DNA of 64,000 bases, from positions 32,001-96,000 of the forward strand of contig JAGMCR010000003.1 of the NCBI GenBank assembly GCA_023129115.1, in the 5' to 3' direction. Shown here in pieces: positions 30,527 to 41,773 of this stretch; position 1 is the first letter of the stretch; each line of letters begins with the position of its first letter. Origin of the DNA: Candidatus Iainarchaeum sp. (GTDB lineage Archaea; B1Sed10-29; WALL01). The notes under the pieces are model-generated. The model saw only the letters and a program-made list of their open reading frames with translations, searched no databases and was not told the origin of the DNA. The position numbers and the translations under genes are program-made.

Positions 30527-32043
30527 AGGCGCTGCTCAGCGTTTCGGACAAGACAGGGATAACTGAATTCGCGAAAGGGCTTGTTGCAGCGGGGTACGAA
30601 ATTCTTTCGACTGGCGGCACTGCGAAGGCGCTGCGGGGCGCCGGGATAAAAGTAACTGACGTTTCTGACTACACTGGGTTTCCCGAGATAATGGGCGGCA
30701 GGGTGAAGACATTGCACCCCAAGGTGCACGGCGGCCTGCTTGCGGTGCGCGGGAACAAAGAGCACGAGAGGCAGATGAAGGAAAACGGCATAGACGCGAT
30801 TGGCTTGGTCGCGGTCAATCTCTACCCGTTCGAGGAAACGGTTAAGAAGGGTGGGAAGCTGGGGCAAGTTATAGAGAACATAGATATAGGCGGGCCTTCC
30901 ATGCTCCGGAGCGCCGCGAAGAACTACGAAAGCGTCGTTGTTGTTTGTGGCCCGGAAAGATATGGGCAAGTGCTTGAAGAGATAAAGGCGGGCGGGGTTA
31001 AGCCGGAGACCAGGAAAAAGCTTGCGGTCGAGGCGTTTGCCCACACCGCGAGGTACGACACGATTATCTCGAATTATCTGGGGGAAGAGGAGCTGCCGGA
31101 GACGCTCAACCTTACTTTTGACAAGATACAAAAGCTGCGGTACGGCGAAAACCCGCACCAGAAGGCGGCTTTCTACAGGGAGGCATTTGCTGCGGGGGCG
31201 ACTGTCTCGACGGCGAAGCAGCTGCACGGGAAAGAGCTGTCGTTCAACAATATTTATGACCTGAACTCTGCGCTTGAGTTGGTGAAGGAGTTCGGGGGGA
31301 CGGCGGTCGTGATACTGAAGCACAACAACCCGTGCGGGGTTGGCATTGACAGGAAGCAGGCCGAGGCGTACAGGAAGGCGATGGAGTGCGACCCGGTTTC
31401 TGCGTTCGGCGGCATTGTTGCTGTTAATGCGAAGCTTGAGCTGGCGACCGCGGAAGAGATTACAAAGACATTTATTGAGTGTGTGATTGCGCCGGGGTAT
31501 GACAAGGATGCGCTTGAGCACTTGAAGTCAAAGAAGAAGAACTTGCGTGTTTTGGAAGTGCCGAAGTTCGGGAAAGAGCCGAAGGCGATGACGCTGAAGA
31601 AAGTCGCCGGCGGAGTGCTTTTGCAGGGCCGGGACCAGGAATTGTTTGCCGGGCTGAAGGTTGCCACGAAGCGCAAGCCGGGCAAGGAAGAGATGAAGGC
31701 GCTCGAGTTTGCGATGAAGGTGTGCAAGCACGTCAAGAGCAACGCAATTATTTACGCTATGGGGGACAGGACGATTGGCATCGGCGCGGGGCAGATGAGC
31801 CGGGTTGACTCTGCAGTGGTCGGGGCGATGAAGGCAAAGAACGCGGGGCTGGACACGAGGGGGAGCGTGCTGGCGAGCGACGCTTTTTTCCCGTTCAGGG
31901 ATGCTGTGGACGCGGCGGCGAAGGCGGGCGTGACAGCGATTATCCAGCCGGGCGGCTCGATAAGGGACGAGGAAGTGATTGGCGCGTGCGACGAGCACGG
32001 CATTGCCATGGTCTTCACTGGAATGCGTCATTTCAACCACTAG
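30523..32043 (+). CDS. purH: Bifunctional AICAR transformylase/IMP cyclohydrolase
   Basis: [50 protein letters not shown]. Confidence 0.97.
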   Translation: MKALLSVSDKTGITEFAKGLVAAGYEILSTGGTAKALRGAGIKVTDVSDYTGFPEIMGGRVKTLHPKVHGGLLAVRGNKEHERQMKENGIDAIGLVAVNLYPFEETVKKGGKLGQVIENIDIGGPSMLRSAAKNYESVVVVCGPERYGQVLEEIKAGGVKPETRKKLAVEAFAHTARYDTIISNYLGEEELPETLNLTFDKIQKLRYGENPHQKAAFYREAFAAGATVSTAKQLHGKELSFNNIYDLNSALELVKEFGGTAVVILKHNNPCGVGIDRKQAEAYRKAMECDPVSAFGGIVAVNAKLELATAEEITKTFIECVIAPGYDKDALEHLKSKKKNLRVLEVPKFGKEPKAMTLKKVAGGVLLQGRDQELFAGLKVATKRKPGKEEMKALEFAMKVCKHVKSNAIIYAMGDRTIGIGAGQMSRVDSAVVGAMKAKNAGLDTRGSVLASDAFFPFRDAVDAAAKAGVTAIIQPGGSIRDEEVIGACDEHGIAMVFTGMRHFNH

Positions 32044-32136
32044 CTTTCCCGTCATCTGACGGAAAAATGAAAGGTTTTTAAAGTCAATCCAACAGAAGTA
32101 TAGCCCACATTCTAGCTCTACGGTAAGGGACAGCTT

Positions 32137-32445
32137 ATGCAGGATATTGGACGGCTTATTCGGCTTGAAAACGCCCACGAGGTCAAGATAGGGGAAAAGC
32201 AGGCCAAGCTCGAGGAAGGGATTACCAAAGAAATCGAGAGGGCCAAGGCTGCCATTGAAAAGGCCAAGGCCGCTGCAGAGGGGGAGGAGAAAAAAGCCGC
32301 TGAAAAAGGCGCTTCAGAAGGCGCCAAAGAGGCCAAGAAAGTACAGCAGGAGTACAAGAAAAAGCAGGATTCCCTCAAGAAGGCCTACAGCGCGAACAAG
32401 GCAAGCGCAGTAAAGGAGGGCCTCAGGGCCGTGCTCAGCGGGTGA
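32137..32445 (+). CDS. A/V-type ATPase subunit H/G (peripheral stalk)
   Basis: ~100-aa Ala/Glu/Lys coiled coil at the head of the ATPase operon. Confidence 0.75.
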   Translation: MQDIGRLIRLENAHEVKIGEKQAKLEEGITKEIERAKAAIEKAKAAAEGEEKKAAEKGASEGAKEAKKVQQEYKKKQDSLKKAYSANKASAVKEGLRAVLSG

Positions 32446-32451
32446 TATTGA

Positions 32452-34338
32452 GTGTTCTCCACCGCCCCGATGCGGCATGTCACGCTCCTCGTCCCCAATG
32501 CCGGGGTCGACGAATTTCTGCTCAAGCTGCACTCGAAGGGCATCTGCCAGATAAAGCAAAAAGAAGGGCCAATCCCTGAAGAGTATTCAGAGCTCTTCAA
32601 GATGAGTTCCGACGTGAAGGCTTCGCGGGACCGGCTCTACAAGTACAAGCCCGCGGTCGGAAACATCGGCAAGATGCTTTTCCCCAGGCCCGAGCCCAAG
32701 GTTGTTGTCGACAAGAGGCGGGACGAGGAAATAATCACTGAGACGCGGGAGAAATTCGATGGGCTCAAGGGAGGGCTCGAGACAGACATCGGCCCGCTCA
32801 AGAAAAAAAAGCTTGAGCTCGAGGCGAGGATAAAGCTGCTAGACCTTTACCCGCCCGGCATTGACCTGGCGTACATTCGCAGGGGGTGGGAAATAAGCGC
32901 GCACGCCGGCCTCATCCGCGCGCAGAGCGAGGCCGAGCTGAAAAAGCTGAAGGGCGTCAAGCTGCTGCGGCCGATTGACAAGAAAACTCTTTTTGTGTTG
33001 GTGTACAGCAAGAGGGCGGACGAGGAAAAGGCGCTCGCTAGGCTTCACGAGATTGGGTTCGAGGAGCTGGAGCTCCCGGCAGAAAAGGGCACGCCCGAAG
33101 AGGTGAGGCGGCAGCTGAAGAAAGAGCTCGGTGCCTTGAGGGACGATATGTCCAAGGAAAGGGCGAGGCTGCGGAAGCTGTGGGAGAGCGAGCACCTCAA
33201 GGTGGACGCGCTCACAGAAGAGTTGGAAATAGTGACCGACCGCATGAAGGCCGACACCGCAATCGAGAAGGGGTATGCGATTGCACGGCTCGAGGCGTGG
33301 GTGCCTGAAAAAGAGTGGGCGAAGTTCAAGTCACTCGTGAAGCGGAGCTTCACAGAGCACTACATATTGCCCGTGGAGCGCGAGGACGCTCCCACGCTGC
33401 TGGAGAACCCGCAGCCGATAAAGGCGTACGAATTGATTACGGGGTTGTACGGGCTCCCGAAGTACGGGAAGACCGACCCGACGCCGATTCTCGCGTTCAC
33501 TTTTGCGCTGTTTTTCGGGTTTATGCTCACCGACGCCATTTATGGGATTGTGCTGGGGCTGCTCGGGCTGCTCATGGTTGGCGGCGTGGGCAGGGTCAAC
33601 GAGGGCATGAAGAACTTTGGGGTAATCTTGACGGTAAACGGGGTTTTCACGGCGATGCTGGGCGCATTGTTCGGGAGCTGGGCCGGCTCGCTGGTCACGG
33701 AGTGGCTGGGCATACCGTTTTGGATTGACCCCATGAAAGAGGCAATGATAGTGCTGATTATTTCGCTCGTGATTGGGTTCATTCACTTGACCACAGGGTA
33801 CTTGATTGGGGTCAAGGACAAGCGCAAGAGCCTGCTCGACGCGGCGCGGCCGAGCGGCGTCATGCTCATGATGATGACTGGCATAGTGCTCATCATTGTT
33901 TCGATGATGGGGCTGGGGTACCTGCAGATGGTCGGGGTTGGGCTGATTCTGCTTTCGGTCGTCGCGAACTTTGTTGTCGCATTCAAGCAGGACGGGCCAA
34001 TCATGTCCGCGCTCTCGATTTTTGACTTCACCGGCTGGCTCGGGGACTGGTTCTCGTACGCGAGGCTGATGAGCCTTGCGCTGGGGACGGCGGGGATTGC
34101 GCTCGCGGTGAACTTCATGGCTGGCATGATGGGGGAGATGGTTCCAGTCGTCGGGCCGCTCGTCGCGGCAGTAATACTCATAGGGGGCCACGCGTTCAAC
34201 ATTGGCGTCAATGCCCTGGGCTCGTTTGTCCACAGCCTGAGGCTGCATTTCCTGGAGTTCTTCTCCAAGTTTTATGACGCCGGGGGAGTGGCCTATCAAC
34301 CATTTTATGCTAAACGCAAATTAACGGAGGTAAAATAA
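32452..34338 (+). CDS. atpI: A/V-type ATPase subunit I (a)
   Basis: DPT, FFGFMLTD, SYARL, HSLRLHFLEFF. Confidence 0.95.
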   Translation: MFSTAPMRHVTLLVPNAGVDEFLLKLHSKGICQIKQKEGPIPEEYSELFKMSSDVKASRDRLYKYKPAVGNIGKMLFPRPEPKVVVDKRRDEEIITETREKFDGLKGGLETDIGPLKKKKLELEARIKLLDLYPPGIDLAYIRRGWEISAHAGLIRAQSEAELKKLKGVKLLRPIDKKTLFVLVYSKRADEEKALARLHEIGFEELELPAEKGTPEEVRRQLKKELGALRDDMSKERARLRKLWESEHLKVDALTEELEIVTDRMKADTAIEKGYAIARLEAWVPEKEWAKFKSLVKRSFTEHYILPVEREDAPTLLENPQPIKAYELITGLYGLPKYGKTDPTPILAFTFALFFGFMLTDAIYGIVLGLLGLLMVGGVGRVNEGMKNFGVILTVNGVFTAMLGALFGSWAGSLVTEWLGIPFWIDPMKEAMIVLIISLVIGFIHLTTGYLIGVKDKRKSLLDAARPSGVMLMMMTGIVLIIVSMMGLGYLQMVGVGLILLSVVANFVVAFKQDGPIMSALSIFDFTGWLGDWFSYARLMSLALGTAGIALAVNFMAGMMGEMVPVVGPLVAAVILIGGHAFNIGVNALGSFVHSLRLHFLEFFSKFYDAGGVAYQPFYAKRKLTEVK

Positions 34339-34841
34339 TGGGAATCAGTGAATTTCTCGCTGGAATGATAACAGGGCAGACACTGGCAATGCTTGGTGCT
34401 GCGCTGGCTTTAGGAGTAGCAGGGTTCGGCACCGCCATGGGTGTCCACGCGGCAGGAGTCTCGGCTGCTGGCGCAGTCGCGGAAAACAAGGACAACTTCA
34501 AGAACGCGCTTGTGCTGCAGGCCATGCCCCAGACCCAGACCATCTACGGCTTTATTATCGCGCTGTTGATAGCGATGGGCGCCGGGCTTCTCGGAGCTGC
34601 CAATGAGCTTACGGTCGCGCAGGGCGGCGTAATGCTCTCGGCCGGGCTTGTTGTTGCCTTGACTGGCCTTAGTGCTGCGTTCCAGGGCAAGATTTCGGCT
34701 GCAGGCATCGCGGCGACGTCCAGGAACCAGGGCGCGTTTGTCCCGAGCATCATTTTCTCGGGCCAGGCGGAGACCCCGGCAATCTTCGGGTTCGTCATCG
34801 CGCTGATTGTGCTGGTGGTCGGCCTTGGAGTGCTTGGCTGA
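34338..34841 (+). CDS. atpK: A/V-type ATPase subunit K (c), duplicated 4-TM form
   Basis: Two hairpins, MPQTQTIYGF and QAETPAIFGF. Confidence 0.93.
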   Translation: MGISEFLAGMITGQTLAMLGAALALGVAGFGTAMGVHAAGVSAAGAVAENKDNFKNALVLQAMPQTQTIYGFIIALLIAMGAGLLGAANELTVAQGGVMLSAGLVVALTGLSAAFQGKISAAGIAATSRNQGAFVPSIIFSGQAETPAIFGFVIALIVLVVGLGVLG

Positions 34842-34850
34842 GGTGCGCGA

Positions 34851-35396
34851 ATGAAAGTTGTTGGAGACCTGCGCGGCCTCGAAAAGGCCGTGAAGCAGCG
34901 CTACCGCTCGGACGCGAAGTCCCTGGAATCAGAAGCGAGAGCCAGGACAAAGAAGATCCGGGACTGGCAGTCCGAGCAGGTCAAGGAAATCAAGCGCTCG
35001 CGAAAGGCGAGGCTTGAGTCGGTCCGCGAGACCGCGAAGCGCCGCGTGGTGAACGAGGCGCGGATGAAGGCGCGGATGGAATACCAGCGCGAGAAGGAGA
35101 AGCACATAGCATCGGTCGTCGCCGAGGCCCGCAAGGGCCTCAAGAAGCTGAGCGAATCGGAAGAGTACATGAGCTACGTCAAGCGGCACCTCCCGAAGGT
35201 GAAGGGCTACACCGCGTACTGTGGGAGCCCAAAGTACAAGGACATATTCGGGGACAAAATGAAGCCAGACAAGGCAATCACCGGCGTCAAAATAGTCGCC
35301 GGAGACACAGCGTATGACTTCACGCTGGACAGCCTCATGGACTCTAGGATAAGCGAGGTAAAGATGGCGGCGAGCAAGGCGCTATTCGAGGAATGA
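34851..35396 (+). CDS. atpE: A/V-type ATPase subunit E
   Basis: Operon position, N-terminal coiled coil and C-terminal DFTLD. Confidence 0.8.
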   Translation: MKVVGDLRGLEKAVKQRYRSDAKSLESEARARTKKIRDWQSEQVKEIKRSRKARLESVRETAKRRVVNEARMKARMEYQREKEKHIASVVAEARKGLKKLSESEEYMSYVKRHLPKVKGYTAYCGSPKYKDIFGDKMKPDKAITGVKIVAGDTAYDFTLDSLMDSRISEVKMAASKALFEE

Positions 35397-35397
35397 A

Positions 35398-36459
35398 ATG
35401 GTTGTAGTTGTAGTCTTTTCGGTGGCGTTCGTCGTTGCCCTGGCAGGGTACGCCTTCCTCAAGGTGTTCCCTATGTCTGCGTACCTGTACGCGGACGCCC
35501 GGGCTAGCGCGAGGTCTGCAAGGCTGCTGAAGAAAGATGACTACAGCCGATTGGCGTCGGCGGCGTCGTTCCCCGACTTCGTGTCCGGGCTCAAGGGCAC
35601 GGCGTACGAGTGCGAATGCCAGAACGCGCGGGAGTTCCACCTCCTGCTGGAGAGGCACTACCTCGGCGAGTACGCCGAGATAGCCAAGGACACGCCAAGC
35701 GCGTACAAGGCCGTGCTCGACGCAGAGCTGATGAGGCACGAGGCGAGCTGCATAAAGCTCTTGATGAAGAGCAAGCTCAAGAGCATTGAATTGAACGAGG
35801 AGCTGACAGTGCCCGTCGGGAGCGTGACTCCCTCGCTGCTTAACAGCCTCAGGGGCGCTGAGACCGTGGGCGACATGGCCGTAATGCTGCAGCGCACGGG
35901 CTTCGCGGACCTGTTCTCGAGCGACTTCTGGAAGGACAAGTCGTGGGAAGAGGCCGAGATGGAGATAGATGGGTTTGTGACGAAGAAGATGCGCGAAACC
36001 ATTTCTGCCGCGAGGATTCCGGAGGGCAAGGAGCTTATGGCGCTGCTGGAGGGGGCCATGGTCGCAGAGGACGTGCTACTCTTGATTAGGGCGAAGCTTC
36101 GCGGGCTCGGCGAGGAAGAGCAGCAGGCGCTTGCGGAAGCCACGGAGATGGGCGGCGACGCGCGCGAGCTCGTTAAGGTTTCCCTCGAGGGCATAACGCC
36201 CGAGGCACTGCCGCCGGTCGCGGTGCTGCGCGACAACAGCGAGCTGGTGTCCGAGGGCAAAATCGTCGAGCTCGAGAAGGCGGTGGGCGAGCACATCGCG
36301 TCGAGGACGCGGCAGCTCGCGATGTTCCACCCGGAGGGTGCGTACCCGATTGCGCTTTACATAATGGAAAAGAACAGCGAGAAGAAGGCGCTCCAGCTGA
36401 TTAGCAAGGCGGTCGAGGAAGGAATGCCCACGGAGAGGGTGCTGGAGCTGATGGCGTGA
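35398..36459 (+). CDS. atpC: A/V-type ATPase subunit C (d)
   Basis: YADARA..LL..DY motif, ~350 aa, operon position; carries an extra N-terminal hydrophobic segment. Confidence 0.85.
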   Translation: MVVVVVFSVAFVVALAGYAFLKVFPMSAYLYADARASARSARLLKKDDYSRLASAASFPDFVSGLKGTAYECECQNAREFHLLLERHYLGEYAEIAKDTPSAYKAVLDAELMRHEASCIKLLMKSKLKSIELNEELTVPVGSVTPSLLNSLRGAETVGDMAVMLQRTGFADLFSSDFWKDKSWEEAEMEIDGFVTKKMRETISAARIPEGKELMALLEGAMVAEDVLLLIRAKLRGLGEEEQQALAEATEMGGDARELVKVSLEGITPEALPPVAVLRDNSELVSEGKIVELEKAVGEHIASRTRQLAMFHPEGAYPIALYIMEKNSEKKALQLISKAVEEGMPTERVLELMA

Positions 36460-36734
36460 TAATACTCGGGAACCCGCAGTTCGCGACGGCGATGCTGCTG
36501 GCGGGGATAAGCAACAGCCATCGCGTAACAAGCCGCGCGGAGTGGCTTGCGCGCGTGCGCGAGCTCCCGAAAGAAGAGACAATCATCGCAAACACGAGCG
36601 TCGTGGGAATCCTCCCCGAGCTCAAGGAATTCAAGAACCTGATAACGCTTCCTGACAGCGCTTCAGAGTTCGGCAGCGTCGACGACCTCAAGGAAATCGT
36701 GAAGGCTGCCGTTGGAATAGAGATAGAGGTGTGA
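36456..36734 (+). CDS. atpF: A/V-type ATPase subunit F
   Basis: ILG..F..LAGI, LPD, KAAVGI. Confidence 0.85.
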   Translation: MIILGNPQFATAMLLAGISNSHRVTSRAEWLARVRELPKEETIIANTSVVGILPELKEFKNLITLPDSASEFGSVDDLKEIVKAAVGIEIEV

Positions 36735-36736
36735 AA

Positions 36737-38482
36737 ATGCCAAAGATAAAGAAAATATCCGGCCCGGTTGTGGTTGCGGACGACATAAAAGGCTCACGAA
36801 TGTATGACATGGTGCGCGTGGGCGAGGAGCATCTGATTGGCGAAATAATCCAGCTGCACGGGGACACCGCGACCATACAGGTGTACGAAGACACAAACGG
36901 CCTGAGGCCAGGCGAGCCCGTGAAGCCCACTGGCCGCCAGCTCAGCATACAGCTGGGCCCAGGCCTGCTGAAGTCGATTTACGACGGGATTGCGAGGCCG
37001 CTTGAGTCGATTGCCGACAAGTCCGGCGACTTCATCGCCAGAGGAATCGATGTGCCGTCGCTCGACAAGAAGAAGCAGTGGGAGTTCAAGCCCCTTGTGA
37101 AGAAGGGGGACAAGATTACTCCCGGGCAGATAGTCGGCGAGGTCAAGGAGACCAGCGTGCTCACCCACAGGATTTTGTGCCCGCCGGACATCAGCGGCAG
37201 GGCCGTCGACGTGAGCAGCGGCAAGCACCGGGTCGACGATGTTGTTGTGAAAGTTGAGTCAGGAAAGGCAAAAGGGGAAATCAAGCTCTCGCAGGAGTGG
37301 CCGGTCCGGGTCGGCAGGCCGTATTCTGAAAAGCTGTTCCCGGACGTTCCGCTCGTGACGGGGCAGAGGATTCTCGACACGTTCTTCCCGCTCGCGAAGG
37401 GCGGGACAGCGGCAATTCCGGGGCCGTTCGGCTCCGGGAAGACGGTGACGCAGCACCAGCTCGCCAAGTGGAGCGACGCTGACATCGTTGTGTACATCGG
37501 GTGCGGCGAGCGCGGGAACGAGATGACTGAAGTGCTCGAGGAGTTCCCGAAGCTAAAGGACCCGAAGAGCGGGAAGCCGCTGATGGAGCGGACCGTGATG
37601 ATTGCGAACACTTCGAACATGCCTGTCGCAGCGAGGGAGGCGAGCGTTTACACCGGGATTACGATTGCCGAGTACTACCGCGACATGGGATACGACGTCT
37701 CGCTCATGGCGGACTCGACTTCAAGGTGGGCAGAGGCCATGAGGGAAATCTCGAGCCGGCTCGAGGAGATGCCTGGCGAAGAAGGGTATCCCGCGTATCT
37801 CGCGTCGAAGCTCGCCGCTTTCTACGAGAGGGCCGGAAGGGTAACGGCGCTGAACAACAAGAACGGGTCAGTGAGTGTTATCGGCGCAGTGTCGCCGCCG
37901 GGCGGCGACTTCTCCGAGCCGGTGACGCAGAACACGCTTCGGATTACGAAAGTGTTCTGGGCGCTGGACGCGAGCCTTGCGTACAGGCGGCACTTCCCTG
38001 CAATCAACTGGCTGACCTCGTACTCGCTCTACGAGCGGTACCTTGAGGACTACTTCAAGAAAGAGGTCTCCCAGGAGTTTGTTGAGCTGCGCAAGGAGTC
38101 GATGGTGCTGCTGCAGAAGGAGGCTGAGCTGAAGGAGATTGTGCAGCTCGTCGGCCCGGATGCACTTCCGGCCGAGGAGCGGCTCGTGCTCGACACCACC
38201 AAGTCGATTCGCGAGGACTTTCTGCAGCAGAACGCCTACCACGACGTGGACTCGTACTGCAGCCTCGAGAAGCAGTACGGGATGCTGGGATTGATTCTGC
38301 ACTTCCACGGCGAGGCCACGAAGGCCATGGCGTCCGGTGCAAAGATTGGGAAGCTCACCACGCTGCCAATCAAGGAAAAGATTGCGCGGATGAAGTACGA
38401 CGAGGAGTTCATCAAGAACATCCCGAAGATGCGGAAAGAGATTGAAAAGCAAACAGCGTCTGCAGTGGAGGTGGTGGAATGA
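36737..38482 (+). CDS. atpA: A/V-type ATPase catalytic subunit A
   Basis: [31 protein letters not shown]; no intein seen. Confidence 0.98.
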   Translation: MPKIKKISGPVVVADDIKGSRMYDMVRVGEEHLIGEIIQLHGDTATIQVYEDTNGLRPGEPVKPTGRQLSIQLGPGLLKSIYDGIARPLESIADKSGDFIARGIDVPSLDKKKQWEFKPLVKKGDKITPGQIVGEVKETSVLTHRILCPPDISGRAVDVSSGKHRVDDVVVKVESGKAKGEIKLSQEWPVRVGRPYSEKLFPDVPLVTGQRILDTFFPLAKGGTAAIPGPFGSGKTVTQHQLAKWSDADIVVYIGCGERGNEMTEVLEEFPKLKDPKSGKPLMERTVMIANTSNMPVAAREASVYTGITIAEYYRDMGYDVSLMADSTSRWAEAMREISSRLEEMPGEEGYPAYLASKLAAFYERAGRVTALNNKNGSVSVIGAVSPPGGDFSEPVTQNTLRITKVFWALDASLAYRRHFPAINWLTSYSLYERYLEDYFKKEVSQEFVELRKESMVLLQKEAELKEIVQLVGPDALPAEERLVLDTTKSIREDFLQQNAYHDVDSYCSLEKQYGMLGLILHFHGEATKAMASGAKIGKLTTLPIKEKIARMKYDEEFIKNIPKMRKEIEKQTASAVEVVE

Positions 38483-39975
38483 TAAGCGAGTACAAGTCCA
38501 TACGCGAGGTCGCCGGGCCGCTGCTGGTCGTGGACGGCATTGACGACGCGGGCTACGGCGAGCTCGTGAGGATAAAGACGGGCAGCGGCGAGCAGAAGAT
38601 GGGCCAGGTGCTCGAGACCGCGAAGGGCTACGCAGTCGTGCAGGTGTTCGAGGGCACGGACGGCATCGACACGAAGGGCACGAGCGTGCGCTTCACCGGC
38701 GAGACCGTGAAGCTGAGCGTTTCGACCGACATGCTTGGCCGCGTGTTCAATGGCAGGGGGGAGCCGATTGACAATGGGCCTGAAATCGTGCCGGACAAGA
38801 AGCTGGACATCAACGGCGAGGCGATTAACCCCTCGCGGAGGGACACTCCGCTGGACTTTATCCAGACAGGCGTCTCGACGATTGATGGCATGAACACGCT
38901 GGTGCGCGGGCAGAAGCTCCCGATTTTCTCGGGCGCGGGCCTGCCGCACAACTTGCTTGCCGCGCAGATTGCGAGGCAGGCCAAGACGAGGAAGACCGGC
39001 GAGCAGTTCGCCATAGTGTTCGCCGCGATGGGGATTACGAACGAGGAGGCGCTGTTCTTCCAGAAGGAGTTCGAGCGGACTGGCGCGCTGAGCAATGTGG
39101 TGATGTTCCTGAACATGGCGAACGACCCGGCGATTGAGAGGATTATCACGCCGAGGATGGCGCTGACCACGGCGGAGTTTTTGGCGTACGAAAAGGACAT
39201 GCACATATTGGTCATCCTCACGGACATGACGAACTATTGTGAGGCACTGCGTGAGATTGCCGCTGCCAGGGAAGAAGTCCCTGGGAGGCGGGGATACCCG
39301 GGGTACATGTACACCGACCTCTCGACTATTTACGAGAGGGCGGGGAGGATTAAGGGGAGGAAGGGCTCGGTCACGCAGCTGCCAATCCTTACGATGCCGG
39401 ACGACGACATTACGCACCCGATTGCAGACCTGACTGGGTACATTACCGAGGGGCAGATTGTGCTGAGCAGGGAGCTGCACCGCAAGGGCATCTACCCGCC
39501 AATCAACCCGCTGCCGTCGCTGTCGAGGCTGATGAAGAACGGCATTGGCTCCGGGAAGACGAGGGGCGACCACCCCGACATCTCGAACCAGCTCTACGCG
39601 GGATATGCACAGGGCATCGAGGTGCGGGAGCTGGTGGCTGTTGTCGGCGAGGAGTCGCTGGGCGAGCTTGACAAGCTCTACCTCAAGTTTGCCGACGACT
39701 TCGAGGACAAGTTCATCCGCCAGGAGTATTCCGAGGAGCGGGGCATTGAGGAGACGCTCGGCTTGACTTGGGAGCTGCTGTCGATGCTGCCTGAGAGCGA
39801 GCTGAAGAGGGTCAGGGACGAGTACATCGAGAAGTACCACCCGCACAAGGCCAAGGGCGAAGGCAAGCTGGCTGTTGAGGCAAGGGTGTCCGGGCAAATC
39901 ACGGACATTGACTTGCTTGGTGGCAATTTGGTTAGCCTCGGTGGGCTGAAGAGGAAAAAGAAGCCGAGAGTGTAA
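38479..39975 (+). CDS. atpB: A/V-type ATPase subunit B
   Basis: [37 protein letters not shown]. Confidence 0.98.
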   Translation: MISEYKSIREVAGPLLVVDGIDDAGYGELVRIKTGSGEQKMGQVLETAKGYAVVQVFEGTDGIDTKGTSVRFTGETVKLSVSTDMLGRVFNGRGEPIDNGPEIVPDKKLDINGEAINPSRRDTPLDFIQTGVSTIDGMNTLVRGQKLPIFSGAGLPHNLLAAQIARQAKTRKTGEQFAIVFAAMGITNEEALFFQKEFERTGALSNVVMFLNMANDPAIERIITPRMALTTAEFLAYEKDMHILVILTDMTNYCEALREIAAAREEVPGRRGYPGYMYTDLSTIYERAGRIKGRKGSVTQLPILTMPDDDITHPIADLTGYITEGQIVLSRELHRKGIYPPINPLPSLSRLMKNGIGSGKTRGDHPDISNQLYAGYAQGIEVRELVAVVGEESLGELDKLYLKFADDFEDKFIRQEYSEERGIEETLGLTWELLSMLPESELKRVRDEYIEKYHPHKAKGEGKLAVEARVSGQITDIDLLGGNLVSLGGLKRKKKPRV

Positions 39976-39979
39976 GACG

Positions 39980-40594
39980 ATGCAGGTAAAGCCGACCCGG
40001 ATGGAGCTTCTTCGCACCAAGAAGAAGCTGAAGCTGGCCGAGAAGGGCCACAAGCTCCTAAAGGAAAAGCGGGACACGCTGGTGATGGAGTTCTTCAGCA
40101 CCCTGAAAGAGGTAAAGGAAGTGCGTGCCGGCATTGGCGGGGAGCTTGGCGAGGCAGAGGATCGGCTGTTCATGGCCGAGGCGCACATGGGCATACAGGA
40201 GATTGAGCGTGTCGCGCAGGGGCTTTCCGGCGAGACCAAGATTACCTTCAAGTCCAAGAACATCATGGGCGTGAAGGTGCCTGAGATTGACGAGCTTGAG
40301 ATTAGCCCGGAGTGGTATTCGGTGATTTCGAGCTCGACCTACCTCGAGGCGGCCGTGAACAAGTACCGGGCTTTGGCGCCGCGAATCCTGAAGCTGGCGG
40401 AGCTTGAGCTGAAGCTGAAGCGCCTGGCCGAGGAGATTAAGGCCACGAAGCGCAGGGTGAACTCGCTGGAGTACATCACAATCCCGATACTTGAGGAGAT
40501 AAAGAAGGAAGTCGCGTTCAAGCTCGAGGAGCGGGAGAGGGAGAACTTCACGCGGCTGAAGAAAATTAAGTCAAAGGCGACTGCAAATGCCTGA
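39980..40594 (+). CDS. atpD: A/V-type ATPase subunit D
   Basis: KPTRMEL, GHKLLKEKR, TKRRVNSLE. Confidence 0.96.
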   Translation: MQVKPTRMELLRTKKKLKLAEKGHKLLKEKRDTLVMEFFSTLKEVKEVRAGIGGELGEAEDRLFMAEAHMGIQEIERVAQGLSGETKITFKSKNIMGVKVPEIDELEISPEWYSVISSSTYLEAAVNKYRALAPRILKLAELELKLKRLAEEIKATKRRVNSLEYITIPILEEIKKEVAFKLEERERENFTRLKKIKSKATANA

Positions 40595-40712
40595 AAAGAA
40601 CGAGAAATGGGTCTTGGCGACGCTGCTCGCGGGGCAGGTCTCGTCGCTGGTCATGATTTTTGGGTTCTTTATGTTCCTGTTTTTGGTGTTTAGGTCGCTT
40701 GGCTGGCTTTGA
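40587..40712 (+). CDS. Small single-TM protein, 41 aa, overlapping the atpD stop
   Basis: MPEKNEKWVLATLLAGQVSSLVMIFGFFMFLFLVFRSLGWL; not in the ORF track. Confidence 0.6.
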   Translation: MPEKNEKWVLATLLAGQVSSLVMIFGFFMFLFLVFRSLGWL

Positions 40713-40754
40713 ACTACCCAAACGCATTTAAATGCGTGTTGCTTGATGGGGGTT

Positions 40755-40907
40755 ATGGAAGCCTACTGTGTCAAATGCAGGACGAAAGTTGAGATTAAGG
40801 ACGGTGAGGAAGTCATCATTGACACCAAGCGCGGCAAGAAAAAGTTTATGATGGGCACGTGCAGCGTCTGCGGGACCAAGGTATCGCGCGTCTTGGGCAA
40901 TGCTTAG
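40755..40907 (+). CDS. Small Zn-ribbon protein (DUF5679-like)
   Basis: MEAYCVKCR...GTCSVCGTKV; 50 aa; TTTAAA TATA-like element upstream. Confidence 0.8.
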   Translation: MEAYCVKCRTKVEIKDGEEVIIDTKRGKKKFMMGTCSVCGTKVSRVLGNA

Positions 40908-41773
40908 GTGAACAGCAGCCAAAGCAGTGTGTCGCCAACCATCAAGTTCAGCAATAGCGAAGCCAGTATGAATACTCCGAACTTCGGCAAGTTCTCCTGA
41001 ACGATAATTTGCTTGATGCCGTGCTTCCTGGCCGTCTTTTTTATCGCCTTCAGCTCCATTTCAAGGAAGGTCTTTCTGCTTCCGAGCCCCAGCTTCTTCT
41101 TCATTGATGGGCTCATTAGCTCGAGTGCTATGACGTCGTCGTCGTTGAGGTCCTTGACGGCTTTTTTCCTGACGACGTAGAGGCGCAGGATGTCTTCCTT
41201 GAACGCCATCGCGAACGTGCCGAGCGCCAGGGGGACTGCGACAATTGTCATCATCGGGCTCAAGTAGACCCAGATTACGGCAAGCGGGAGGGTCAGCGCA
41301 GAGTACAGCAGGCCGCGGAACGACTTCGCCCTGAAGTCCTTGATTTTTTTGCGGTCTTCGTGGAGGCGGCGGAGGTAGTCGATGGAGACCACTGCCATGG
41401 CCATGACCGCCGACGCGAAAAACACGCTCACGACGAATGGGTACGGGGCAATGATTGGATTGAAGCCAAGGGCCACAAGCTGGGCTGGATAGATGGGGAG
41501 CAGCAGGGCGAGTGCTGTGAACAGCTTGACGTCGCCGCCGCCGAGCTGGCCAAACGTGTAGAAGATGAAGGACGCTGCGAACACGCCGGCAGCAATCAGG
41601 TAGTATGGGACTGCAGCCTCGAGGCCGCTGTAGAGCGGCAGCAGGGCCGCGCCAAGCAGCAGCATGGCGTGGGTGTACCTGTCCGGCATATAGCCAGTCT
41701 TGAAGTCTGTGTGGGAGACCACCGCTGTCCCGATTATGGCTATTGCAACTCCCAATAACTCAAACATTGTCAT
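40904..41773 (-). CDS. Prepilin/preflagellin peptidase (A24)
   Basis: HTDFK aspartate, LGGGDVKL GxGD motif, multiple TM segments. Confidence 0.88.
   Translation of the reverse strand: MTMFELLGVAIAIIGTAVVSHTDFKTGYMPDRYTHAMLLLGAALLPLYSGLEAAVPYYLIAAGVFAASFIFYTFGQLGGGDVKLFTALALLLPIYPAQLVALGFNPIIAPYPFVVSVFFASAVMAMAVVSIDYLRRLHEDRKKIKDFRAKSFRGLLYSALTLPLAVIWVYLSPMMTIVAVPLALGTFAMAFKEDILRLYVVRKKAVKDLNDDDVIALELMSPSMKKKLGLGSRKTFLEMELKAIKKTARKHGIKQIIVQENLPKFGVFILASLLLNLMVGDTLLWLLFT

Noticed and set aside
36737-38482. Inteins in AtpA (also checked RadA and PurL)
   Set aside because: AtpA and RadA have normal lengths, PurL's extra length is N-terminal, and no C..HN splice motifs or LAGLIDADG inserts were seen.
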